From: Candidatus Vogelbacteria bacterium
GTDB lineage: Bacteria > Patescibacteriota > Minisyncoccia > Phycocordibacterales > XYD1-FULL-46-19
Assembly: GCA_903864935.1 (NCBI GenBank)
Contig: CAIPHT010000015.1
Span: forward strand, 6,618-70,617
Direction of reading: 5' to 3'
DNA: 64,000 nucleotides
Part shown: positions 45,920-55,700 of the stretch, piece by piece
Numbering within the stretch: the stretch's first letter is position 1
Layout of the letters: each line of letters starts with the position of its first letter
Notes under the pieces: model-generated
What the model saw: the letters and a program-made list of their open reading frames with translations, nothing else
What the model was told of the DNA's origin: nothing
Databases searched by the model: none
Made by a program: the position numbers and the translations under genes

Positions 45920-45958
45920 TGGTTTCTAGTATAGCAGAATATCTAAAAAAGGCAATAT

Positions 45959-46177
45959 TTATAAAATCTCCACTACTTTCGCCGAAGAAGTGTGACCGGA
46001 TTTGATAGTGATGAGGGGCTTGGGTTTATCAAAATATTCAGCCAAAACGCGGACAACGCCCTTGTTGGCTTGGCCGTGCTGGGGTGGCTCTTTGACCCAG
46101 ACTATATAATGAGTGTCGTCAGTTTTATCCACCTTATCACCCCCGGCCCCCGGCCTCGTTTTCACAAAAATTCGCAT
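45959..46177 (-). CDS. DUF167 (UPF0235/YggU) protein
   Basis: VKTRP, VKEPP.HGQANK..V..LAEYF, GHTS..KVVEI. Confidence 0.85.
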   Translation of the reverse strand: MRIFVKTRPGAGGDKVDKTDDTHYIVWVKEPPQHGQANKGVVRVLAEYFDKPKPLITIKSGHTSSAKVVEIL

Positions 46178-46203
46178 TAGGCTTATTCTAGCACACCCAC
46201 GCT

Positions 46204-46239
46204 CCCGCCAAACCTCAAGTGAGCCCAAGGTCTGGCAGG
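46204..46239. repeat. 36-nt REP-like element
   Basis: CCCGCCAAACCTCAAGTGAGCCCAAGGTCTGGCAGG. Confidence 0.8.
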
Positions 46240-46304
46240 ACAAAGCTTTTAGTGGTATTATAATAGGGTCAAAATTATCATTAATTATTTTATAAAATAT
46301 TATT

Positions 46305-46856
46305 ATGATGTGGATTCTCTTAATTATCGTTGTTGTTATCGTCGCTTGGCTTGCTCTAAGTTATAACGGTTTTGTTCGTCTGGTTAATCAGACCAAGGAG
46401 GCTTGGGCCGACATTGATGTTCAACTCAAGCGTCGCTATGATCTTATCCCTAATTTGATTGAGGCCGTTAAAGGTTATGCTGCTCACGAGGAATCGGTTT
46501 TTGCTAAAGTTACCGAAGCTCGCGCTAATGCGCTCTCGGCTCAAGGTCCTGTTGAGAAAGGTAAGGCTGAGAATATGCTGACCGATAGTCTTAAGAGTGT
46601 TTTTGCTGTCGCCGAAGCCTACCCAGCTTTGCGTGCCGTGGAGAGTTTTACTAATCTTCAGAACGAACTCTCGGATACTGAGAACAAAATTCAAGCCGCT
46701 CGTCGCTTCTACAATGGTAACGTCCGTGACTTGAATATTAAAGTTGAGACCTTCCCTTCTAATCTTATTGCCGGCATCTTCCACTTCACCAAGCAAGAAT
46801 TCTTCCAGCTTGAAGAAAACTCTGTCGAGAAACAGCCTGTCGCCGTTAAGTTCTAA
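46305..46856 (+). CDS. lemA: LemA family protein
   Basis: AWADIDVQLKRRYDLIPNL, AVAEAYP.L, ENKIQAARRFYN. Confidence 0.95.
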   Translation: MMWILLIIVVVIVAWLALSYNGFVRLVNQTKEAWADIDVQLKRRYDLIPNLIEAVKGYAAHEESVFAKVTEARANALSAQGPVEKGKAENMLTDSLKSVFAVAEAYPALRAVESFTNLQNELSDTENKIQAARRFYNGNVRDLNIKVETFPSNLIAGIFHFTKQEFFQLEENSVEKQPVAVKF

Positions 46857-46868
46857 ATTAATTTAAGC

Positions 46869-47762
46869 ATGGCGACTTTGTACACACAGCAGGCGAGTAA
46901 TACTCGGCGCACCTGGCTACTCATGGCCGTGTTTTTGGCATTGGTGGTGGCGTTGGGTTATCTGATTAGTTTTTACTATAACAATCAGGCCATACTTTAT
47001 ATCGCAATTGTTTTTAGTTTGGCCATGAACTTTGCCAGTTATTGGTGGAGTGACAAAATTGTCTTAAGTTTGGCTGGGGCGAGACCAGCTGACCATGATT
47101 CGAATACTGAGCTCTATCATATTGTGGAGAATCTCTCTATTACGGCCGGACTCCCGATGCCTAAGCTCTATATAATAGAAGATAGTGCACCAAATGCTTT
47201 TGCCACTGGTCGTGATAAGAAGCATGCGGTGGTGGCGGTGACTTCGGGCTTGCTCGCGATGCTAAATAAAAATGAATTAGAAGGAGTCATTGCCCATGAA
47301 CTCTCGCATATTGGCAATCGTGACATCTTATTGTCATCAGTGATTGCCGTTCTTGTTGGCTTGATTGCCATTTTGTCGGACATGTTTATTCGGTCCCGAT
47401 TTATTTTTGGTGGGGGAGATGATGATAATAAAGCTGGGGGAGTCATGGCCATTGTCGGCATCATCTTTATTGTTTTATCTCCAATCATTGCGACTATTAT
47501 TCAACTCGCTGTCTCACGTCAACGCGAATTCTTGGCCGATACTGATGGCGCACTCCTCACTCGTTATCCCGAAGGTCTTGCCAGTGCCCTAGAAAAAATT
47601 GGTGCTTATAATCAGCCAATGACCAAGGCCTCCAACGCTATGGCCCATATGTACATTTCTAATCCCTTCGGTGCCAAGGCGGCTAAGGGCATTAGCAAAC
47701 TCTTCATGACTCATCCGCCCATTGAAGAACGAGTGGCTAAGTTGCGAGGACTAAATTCTTAA
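46869..47762 (+). CDS. htpX: zinc metalloprotease HtpX
   Basis: PNAFATGR, AHELSHI, SRQREFLAD, THPPIEER. Confidence 0.95.
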   Translation: MATLYTQQASNTRRTWLLMAVFLALVVALGYLISFYYNNQAILYIAIVFSLAMNFASYWWSDKIVLSLAGARPADHDSNTELYHIVENLSITAGLPMPKLYIIEDSAPNAFATGRDKKHAVVAVTSGLLAMLNKNELEGVIAHELSHIGNRDILLSSVIAVLVGLIAILSDMFIRSRFIFGGGDDDNKAGGVMAIVGIIFIVLSPIIATIIQLAVSRQREFLADTDGALLTRYPEGLASALEKIGAYNQPMTKASNAMAHMYISNPFGAKAAKGISKLFMTHPPIEERVAKLRGLNS

Positions 47763-47815
47763 AACTAGTCCCTTGGTCTTTTGGGTTTTGCTTTGTTATA
47801 ATTAAAAGCAATATT

Positions 47816-50644
47816 ATGAAAAGGCCTTTTTCTCTTGCCTCCTCTTTTCTTCTTGGTCTAATGATTATTTTTAGTTTTCCGGCCTTAGCCAGCGCGGCGA
47901 CGTATTATGTTCGTGCGGATGGGACAGTGACTTGTGCAAATAAGGCGAATGCTACCAGCCCAGATTTAGCCAGCACTTCGTTAAGCGTTTTAAGCAGTGC
48001 AAATGGAGTTAATGGTTGTAATACTTTTTTACCTGGCGATACGATATATTTTTCTGCCAAAGGAGGCTCATACACGGCGGTAAATAGTGCCATTGATGCT
48101 ATCCCCACAGCAATTTATATACCCCAGGCTTCGGGAGTAGTTGGTAATCCTATAAATTATATTGGACTTTCTGACAATTCCTCTACTACAACTTTAGCTA
48201 ACGGAGCGACAAATAATTATCCCCTTGTTGATGTCAGTGCTGTTGCTGGAGGAAATGGTGTTACAGGGGGTTCTGCTGGGATAAGAGTTGCTCATGTCAA
48301 TTATGTAACAGTTCAAAATTTTAACATTAAAGGTAGCGGTGGCTCTGGCGCTGCTGTTTTTCAAATGGATAATTCTTCTGGGACAGCAGGAAACGGATAC
48401 ACTAACGTATTTACAAACATAAATGTGCTTCAAGGTTATGGTGCCTCAACTGGCAATGATGATTGCTTTGGGGGCGGATCCTCTGCCGGTGAGAATGCGC
48501 AGGGTGTCTTTAATAATATTTATGCTAGCGGTTGTCGGCCCAATCCTCAATCCTCTATGAGTGACCAATGCTTTACTCTCCACGAGAACGCCAAGGCTCA
48601 AATCAATGGTATGTATTGTACAGATTCTAATAATGGAATTACTGATACTTTGAATACCCAATTAACAGCGACAAACATTACAATTAATAATGCTTATATA
48701 AATGTTATCTCTGCAGGTGGAATGACAAGCTCTGGTTATGTAACAGTTACAAATTCAACCTTTAATGTTAATGGAACGGGTGATTTACTTAATATCCCCG
48801 CTGGCAATGGGGCGGTTGTCGTTACAATATCAAGCAGTACAATTAATGCTACTGCGGGTGGTACTGGTTTTGTTTTTGGGGGCATTGCTAATTTTATTAG
48901 CAATATTTGGTCCATTAATTCATCTGCTTTTCAAGAAAAGGCTGAAGCTGGTGGAACAATTAATATTATTGGGCAAAATATTTTTTCTTTAAGTACAACG
49001 CCTTCGTCCGCGATGTTTTATGCTGATTCTGGTTCACCGGTCTCAACTCTTAATATCTCAGGAGCTACTTTTAATGGTGGTACTGGCGGGGGCGATTTAA
49101 TTGCCAACACTGGAACGGGGACTGTTAATGCCCATAACAATATTTTTACTAATTTTGGTGGGCTAGAGGCTCCTGGTTGGGCTTTTAATGGATCAGGAGT
49201 TTCTAATTGGTTTAATAATACTTTTTATAATACAAGCAAAACAGGCTCTGCCTTTCGTAACCAGAGTCCTTTAGTTGCCACCATAAATAATAAAAATAAT
49301 ATCTTTTATAATGTCGCAAACCCGTGTTATGGAGGAGACTGTGGCGCTACGGGTTATACTTCGTCTTACAATGATTATTACAACTATACGGCGATAACTA
49401 ATCCTGGCGCGGGGAGTATTCTAACTGATCCAAAATTTATAACCCCCGGAACCGACTTCCGTCTTCAGCCAACGTCTCCCGCAATTAATATGGGAACAAA
49501 TGTTTCTTTGACCTCTGATTTCTTGGGCAATAGTGTTCCTCAAGGTTCGGCTCCAGATATCGGAGTTTATGAATTTGTCATTCCTTCTGCTCCATCATCT
49601 CTTGCTCAATACAAAGCCGATGGGACAACGAACATCGCTTCCGGCCGATGGACTAGTGACCCAACCGTCGTGCTGAAGTTTTTGATGTCTTCAGTTAATG
49701 GTTCTGATTCTTTAACTCCGCAAGTAGAAATTCAACCGATGGGAACGGCTTTTACTAATATTACAACTAATTCAGGCAATGCGGTTGCTTATTCTGGTTC
49801 CTCGGTAGTAGGAGTAGTTACAATTGCTGGCTTAAGTTCTGGTCGAACTTATCATTGGCAAGCGCGAGTTAGTAATTCTGTCGGGACAAGCTCTTGGTCG
49901 GCAATGGGTGGTAATCCTGACTTTGGGGTTGGCTCTTCTGACGCTTCGCTTAGTAATCTTACGCTTAGCTCTGGCACTTTAAGTCCGACTTTTGCTTCTA
50001 GCACGACCTCGTACACGGGTGAAGTCTCTAATAGTGTTAACAGTTTAACCGTTATCCCGACCGCTGGTCAGGCCAGTTCAACTATAACGGTTAACGGCAC
50101 AACTGTTACTTCTGGTTCGACTTCAATACCCGTAAATTTAAATGTTGGCAATAATATTATTAATATTGTCGTTGTTGCTCAGGACGGCTCAACCACTAAT
50201 ACCTATACGGTTAATGTGGCGAGGGCGAGCGGCTCTGTGGTCTCTGGTTCTTCATCTGGCAATTCAGTCGCGAATCAAATCGATAATCTCAATGCGATGG
50301 GGAATACCAAACTAGCGGGTGACTTGAGGCTCAAATACAATCTTGCGACTTCTACCCAATCCCGTAAAGTCGCTACGCTCCCACGGGACGCAGCCACCAT
50401 CACTCGCACTCTAAGTTACAAGATGACGAGCAAGGAGGTGAAACTCTTGCAACAATTCTTAAATACTCACGGCTTCGCAGTCGCCAAGAAGGGGACAGGC
50501 TCGCTCGGTCACGAGACCACCTACTTCGGTCTCTCCACTAAAGCGGCCGTCATTAAATTCCAAAAGGCCAACAAAATCAAACCAGCGAATGGCTTGGTGG
50601 GGCCACTGACCAGAAAAGCGATTCTCAAACTACTTTCTTCTTAG
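47816..50644 (+). CDS. large secreted beta-helix protein with Ig/cadherin-like and peptidoglycan-binding domains
   Basis: Signal peptide, ATYYV, DFRLQPTSPAINMG..APDIGVYE, SDASLSNL..LSPTF, VKLLQQFLN..YFG..T.AAVIKFQ..G.VGPLTR. Confidence 0.82.
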   Translation: MKRPFSLASSFLLGLMIIFSFPALASAATYYVRADGTVTCANKANATSPDLASTSLSVLSSANGVNGCNTFLPGDTIYFSAKGGSYTAVNSAIDAIPTAIYIPQASGVVGNPINYIGLSDNSSTTTLANGATNNYPLVDVSAVAGGNGVTGGSAGIRVAHVNYVTVQNFNIKGSGGSGAAVFQMDNSSGTAGNGYTNVFTNINVLQGYGASTGNDDCFGGGSSAGENAQGVFNNIYASGCRPNPQSSMSDQCFTLHENAKAQINGMYCTDSNNGITDTLNTQLTATNITINNAYINVISAGGMTSSGYVTVTNSTFNVNGTGDLLNIPAGNGAVVVTISSSTINATAGGTGFVFGGIANFISNIWSINSSAFQEKAEAGGTINIIGQNIFSLSTTPSSAMFYADSGSPVSTLNISGATFNGGTGGGDLIANTGTGTVNAHNNIFTNFGGLEAPGWAFNGSGVSNWFNNTFYNTSKTGSAFRNQSPLVATINNKNNIFYNVANPCYGGDCGATGYTSSYNDYYNYTAITNPGAGSILTDPKFITPGTDFRLQPTSPAINMGTNVSLTSDFLGNSVPQGSAPDIGVYEFVIPSAPSSLAQYKADGTTNIASGRWTSDPTVVLKFLMSSVNGSDSLTPQVEIQPMGTAFTNITTNSGNAVAYSGSSVVGVVTIAGLSSGRTYHWQARVSNSVGTSSWSAMGGNPDFGVGSSDASLSNLTLSSGTLSPTFASSTTSYTGEVSNSVNSLTVIPTAGQASSTITVNGTTVTSGSTSIPVNLNVGNNIINIVVVAQDGSTTNTYTVNVARASGSVVSGSSSGNSVANQIDNLNAMGNTKLAGDLRLKYNLATSTQSRKVATLPRDAATITRTLSYKMTSKEVKLLQQFLNTHGFAVAKKGTGSLGHETTYFGLSTKAAVIKFQKANKIKPANGLVGPLTRKAILKLLSS
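50360..50390. mobile_element. in-frame hairpin mini-element in surface-protein linker
   Basis: TCCCGT-AAAGTCGCTACGCTCCC-ACGGGA, encoding SRKVATLPRD; reverse strand contains GAGCGTAGCGAC. Confidence 0.7.
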
Positions 50645-50670
50645 TTTCGAATATGGTTTAATTTAGAAAT

Positions 50671-51312
50671 ATGGAATCTTTAGACAAAAATATTGAACAG
50701 CAATTGGCTGAGGCGCAAGAATTATTGCGCCAAAGTGAGGCACGGATTATTGAACTAGAAGGAGAAAACAAAAAATTAAGGGAAGATTTAATTCACGATG
50801 CTTTAACTGGTTTGAAGACACGCTCGTTTCTTGAAGCGCGAGCGCACGAGATTCTCTCGGAGATGTCTTCGTCTGAAGAACGCCGGCGGGGCCTTTATGA
50901 GAATGTCGGTTTTGTCTTTTGTGATATTGATGACTTCAAATTAATTAATGATACTTATGGTCATGATGTTGGAGACCTCGTTTTGAAGGCGGTAGCCGAA
51001 GTATTATCTAATGGGGTCCGCGAATCAGACGTTTTTTGTCGTTGGGGTGGGGAAGAGATGGTGGGGATAATGTTGGGGGCAGACTTGGCTAATTCTCACG
51101 AGAAAGCTGAGAAGTTAAGACAAGATGTTGAGGCTCTTAAATTTCCCGATTATCCTAACCTTAAAGTTACCGCCAGTTTTGGCGTTTCGTCTTTCTCGGC
51201 TGAGGGAGAGAAGTCGTCGGCGACTGAGCTCGTTAAGCAATTGATTGATCAGGCTGATGAGGCCTTATATTTGGCCAAGAAAAACGGGAAGAATCAGGTT
51301 AGGTATTTATAA
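50671..51312 (+). CDS. GGDEF-domain diguanylate cyclase with N-terminal coiled coil
   Basis: DALTGL, DIDDFK.INDTYGHDVGD, RESD I-site, RWGGEEM. Confidence 0.9.
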   Translation: MESLDKNIEQQLAEAQELLRQSEARIIELEGENKKLREDLIHDALTGLKTRSFLEARAHEILSEMSSSEERRRGLYENVGFVFCDIDDFKLINDTYGHDVGDLVLKAVAEVLSNGVRESDVFCRWGGEEMVGIMLGADLANSHEKAEKLRQDVEALKFPDYPNLKVTASFGVSSFSAEGEKSSATELVKQLIDQADEALYLAKKNGKNQVRYL

Positions 51313-51381
51313 TCCTTTGTGTCTCTCTGGTGATTATAATATTTGCAAAAGAGGCGTTTTTTCTGCTATCCTGTAGGGGTT

Positions 51382-51473
51382 GGAGGGTCGCCCCGCCAAG
51401 TGATTTAAGCTTAAATCACTTGGCGGGGTAAACATAGTTGGTCTAGTTTACCCCGTAATCTGCGGGGTGCGCA
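51382..51473 (+). pseudogene. duplicated 5' part of tRNA-Ser carrying two hairpin insertions
   Basis: GGAG-GGTCG[42 nt]CATAGTTGGTCTAG[21 nt]TGCGCA vs intact GGAGAGGTCGCATAGTGGTCTAGTGCGCA. Confidence 0.85.
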
Positions 51474-51477
51474 TAAA

Positions 51478-51729
51478 ATGTACCACGTCTATATTTTGAA
51501 AAGTCTCAGAGACAACGGATATTATATAGGGTGCACTTCTGATTTAGATAAGAGAATCCGCGAACATAATTCTGGCAAAACGGTCTCTTTGCGAAATCGG
51601 CGACCACTGGAAATTATTTACTCTGAGAGGTATGATAACCAGGCAGAGGCTTATAGTAGAGAAAAACAAATAAAGTCATACAAAGGAGGTTCTGCCTTTA
51701 AAAAATTAATACACGGAGAGGTCGCATAG
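51478..51729 (+). CDS. GIY-YIG nuclease
   Basis: YHVYILKS...YYIGCTSDLDKRIREHNSG...RRP...AYSREKQIKS; stop codon lies inside tRNA-Ser. Confidence 0.93.
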   Translation: MYHVYILKSLRDNGYYIGCTSDLDKRIREHNSGKTVSLRNRRPLEIIYSERYDNQAEAYSREKQIKSYKGGSAFKKLIHGEVA

Positions 51730-51804
51730 TGGTCTAGTGCGCACGCTTGGAAAGCGTGTGAGGTGTCAAAGCCTCCGAGGGTTCGAATCCCTCTCTCTCC
51801 GCCA
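51715..51804 (+). tRNA. tRNA-Ser (GGA)
   Basis: GGAGAGG/TCTCTCC acceptor stem, CACGC-TTGGAAA-GCGTG, long variable arm, GCCA end. Confidence 0.95.
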
Positions 51805-51841
51805 AGAAAATTTAGTATCGGTGTGACCCGAATACCTAAAA

Positions 51842-52210
51842 ATGCTTATGAACGACATAACCAAAATAATCTATGATTTAGAGCTATCGCTCTTGAAACC
51901 CGAGGTAAGATCTTCGAAGGAAGCTCTTGATAAGTTGCTTGCTGATGATTTTATAGAATTTGGAAGTTCCGGTAATAAATATACAAAGCAGGATATTCTT
52001 GAAAGACTCCCAAATACTCTTGAAAAGGTTGAATATTTGGTGAGCGATTTCAACGTTGATACACCTTCTGAAAATATAGTCATCGCAACATTTAAAACAG
52101 TGAGGACTACGGACGGCAAAGATAAAGTTGTTTCTCTAAGAAGTTCACACTGGCGAAAAGCCGATGGGAGTTGGCAGATGTTTTTTCATCAAGGAACCCC
52201 GATTCAGTAG
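51842..52210 (+). CDS. DUF4440 / NTF2-like protein
   Basis: LLKPEVR.S...[18 protein letters not shown]....WQMFFHQGT. Confidence 0.88.
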   Translation: MLMNDITKIIYDLELSLLKPEVRSSKEALDKLLADDFIEFGSSGNKYTKQDILERLPNTLEKVEYLVSDFNVDTPSENIVIATFKTVRTTDGKDKVVSLRSSHWRKADGSWQMFFHQGTPIQ

Positions 52211-52351
52211 AATTTGCGAAAACTCGGTCCGACCCACACACCTTATTTTTACCTCCAAAAGTCTGCTAAAATACCCTTAGGGTATCTCACCACTTTGGTA
52301 CTGAACCCACAACCCCCGCCTTCGGTCAGTTGGGTTTTCATCTGGCAAATC

Positions 52352-52618
52352 TTATTTCTCTAACTCCTCCAACCTCTTTTGCAAACAAGCTTCTAAATTT
52401 TCTATACCAAGTCTATCAGATAGGATGAGGGTTCCAATTAGCAGATTAGATAGTTTCTCTTCAACTCCCGCCTTATCCTCAGGATGATTTAAGGTGACTG
52501 TCCATAGCTTTGTTAGAGCTTCATTTAGACCGAGAATTTCTCCTTCGAGGCTGAGCTTTTTATCGAACTTAGCAGTGACCTTTTTAACTTCTTGGACCCA
52601 ATTGTTTAAATCGAGCAT
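52352..52618 (-). CDS. small helical protein, degenerate MazG-like
   Basis: LNEALTKL...VEEKLSNLL...ILSDRLGI pattern. Confidence 0.55.
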   Translation of the reverse strand: MLDLNNWVQEVKKVTAKFDKKLSLEGEILGLNEALTKLWTVTLNHPEDKAGVEEKLSNLLIGTLILSDRLGIENLEACLQKRLEELEK

Positions 52619-52766
52619 ATTTCAATTTTATTAAGCTAATAAAAGGGGATTTGTACTACTAAGAAGTCTATTCTTTTAATTGTTTTGTGACAATTATGGT
52701 TATCCCCAAGTTCTTATTTTTTCTTGCAACTTTTGTGCCCTTTTCTTGCTATAATTAGAGAGTCCA

Positions 52767-55700
52767 ATGCTTAAGTCAAAGACCAACAGACTGGTCAAAT
52801 TTTTGGCGCTATTTTGCGGTAGCGGGATTTTGCTATTAACCCTTCTTCCTCTTACTACTACAGCCGCTTTTACTAAGCAGATTAACTATCAAGGCAAATT
52901 ATCTGACGGCACGGGAGCCTCCGTGGTTGATGGGACTTATTCAATTACCTTCAAACTCTATGATGCCCCAACTGGCGGTTCAGCTCTCTGGACCGAAACC
53001 CAGTCCGTGGTTGTTGCTTCAGGTCTCTTCTCCACCATGCTTGGCTCGGTTTCTTCGCTTGATAATATTAATTTTAATCAGGCTCTTTACCTTACTTTGA
53101 ATGTTAATGGCGACGGCGAGATGAGTCCGCGCAAGGTAATTGGGGCTGTCCCGGCCGCCTTCCAAACCTCGCGTTTAGACGGGAGCGCTTCAACTACGGT
53201 GGTTGATGTTAGTGATTATCTTTCGGTTAGTGGTCTAACGAACTTAGCGACCACGAGTCTTAGTGGCGACATTTTCATTAATAGCCTAACGAATTTGAGC
53301 GGTACTGATTATCAGAATTTTGTTCAAACTGGTTATGTCTATACTGACGACTGGGCGGGAGATACTGTTGCTTCTCTCTATAGCCAGTCAGACAGTGGCG
53401 TTGGCTTAACTGGCCAAGGGAATTATGGCGTTATAGGTCGTGGCAGTATTGGTATTATCGGTGAAGGTTTGGATATTGGCGTTGCTGGTATAACTAAGAA
53501 TGATTCTAGTATTGCTGGGGAGTTTTATACCGATGGTAATTATTCCACTGGCCTTAAGGTTGAGACCGGTGGCCTTGGAGGATTAGGAGTTGATATATAT
53601 ACCGGCAACGCTGAAAAGGCTTTAAATGTCTACAATAGTAGCTCCACCGCTTACTCTATCTATTCGGCAGGGGGGTTAAATCAATTTGAAGGTAGCACTG
53701 TTTTTGGTTCCAGTCCTAATACCTTGAGTATCTCTCAAGTTGATTTTGTTCCAGGGCTTCTCTCTGGGATGGAGCTAAGCGGTATAACGAATCTTGGCTT
53801 ACCTTTCTTTAGTATTAAGAATGGTCTTTTCTTGCGCGGGGCCGATGTTTATCCTGGAATAACTTTTGGTGATAGTACTTTTACGTACCAGTCGAGCATT
53901 GCTTATTCTACTACGACGCGAGCAATGAATTTCAATAACGCGAGTGTCTATAATTTTGATCAGGATCTCTCAGTTAGCGGTACAGTTAAAGCCACCTGTT
54001 TCTCTAATGACGGAGGTCTTACCTGCATCACGGGTGGCGCCGGTGTCAGTGGCGGGGGAGATTCTTTGTGGGCCACAACGTCTTTGTCTGGGAGAGTTAT
54101 TCATCCAAGCGTCTCTAATGTTTATCCGGTGGTTATTGGTGACAACGCGACGACTTCTGATTCGATCTTCGAGGTCAATGGTGATACTAAATTAAGGAAT
54201 AATTTAACTGTTGGGGGTCTTTCCTTCTTATCTGGGGTTACGGTTTCTAGCTTGAGTATCGGATCTCTCTCGGGCCTACTTTTCGGTGTTGGTGGAGCTG
54301 TTGGCTCTTTAGCGACTTCTTCACTGGGTTTGATCACTACCAATGTCGCGGAGGGTTCTAATTTATATTGGACAAATAACCGTTTTGATTCTCGCTTAAT
54401 GGCAACAACTTCGTTGCCTAACCTTGCGACTCTCTCCGGCCTCTCAAGTCTCGGTTCTTCTACCGGACAGACAACGATCTTGGGCAAAACAATTTTAACC
54501 AACGCTTCGACCACGGCTCTCTCTGTCTCTGGCCAGACTTATCTTACTGGCCTGCTAACGGGGGTTAATGCTAACTTTACGGGGACCCTTGGGGTAACTG
54601 GCAAGACAACTCTGGCCAACGCTTCGACCACGGCTCTCTCTGTCTCTGGCCAGACTTATCTTACGGGTAATCTTGGTATCGGTTTGACGAACCCTTCGAC
54701 AGCTCTGTCTGTTCTCGGTGTTGCTTCTTCAACTGGTCTCCAAGTTAACGGAAATGGATTTTTGACTGGGGCTCTCTCGGTCGGGACGAGTTCGGTCGCT
54801 TCTAAATTTAATTTGCAAGGATCGCCAGGTCTCTCTGTTCTCAATATTTCTTCGTCAACGGGAGCGTCTATTTTTACCATTGCGGGTAATGGGAGTATTG
54901 GTATAGGGACTTCAACCCCAAGCTCTAGTCTGTCAATTGCGACAAAGAATGCTGGTGATGGATTGAATATCGATGGGACTTCGAGTTTCTCTCCTTTTGT
55001 TACCTTTAGTTATAATTCTACTCAAGCTGGAGGGCTTGGTCTGGCTTTGGTGGGGAACCATGGAGTCACAGGAGCCAATCCTTTTGATATGGTTCTCTTG
55101 GCCAAGAGTGCGGGGAGTAATTTGTTGTTTGGGGCTAGCAATACCGAATATATGATGATTTCTGGCAACGGTAATATTGGTATGGGAACCAATACTCCGG
55201 TGGCGGCGCTTGATATTTATAATTCACGCAATCTCACTGACTTTACTTCGGTGATTGATTCAACGACGGTCTCGGTGCCCTCAAGTCCTCTGCTTAGCGC
55301 TGGTTATAAAATAAATAGCACCGGCCTTAATTCGGTTATGTTGGGAGCCTACTCAACGAGCTCTATGGCTTACACTTTTTCTTATGGTCAAAATAATCTC
55401 TTCACTAGACTTGGCATTGTGGGGGAATACGACACCGTTTTTGGATCTAACAATCGATTCAATGCAAGTATGGGTAGCTTAACCGTTGGTAACAATAATA
55501 ATTCGCACCTTCTTGGTAGTTCTTATCTTTTTGGTAACAATAACGACGTCTCTGGTATTGGAACAAAACAATTTGTTTTGGGTAACGGCAACCTTATCTC
55601 ATCCCTTTTTGGAGATAATTATGTCTTCGGTTCTGACAACAACATGCATTCGGCCGAGAACTTTGTCGTTGGGAACAATAACAATCTTTCTCAGGAGGGA

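Noticed and set aside
51382-51804. tRNA-Ser intron encoding the nuclease
   Set aside because: The downstream tRNA is complete on its own and the upstream part is a redundant duplicate; no group I/II intron core is visible.
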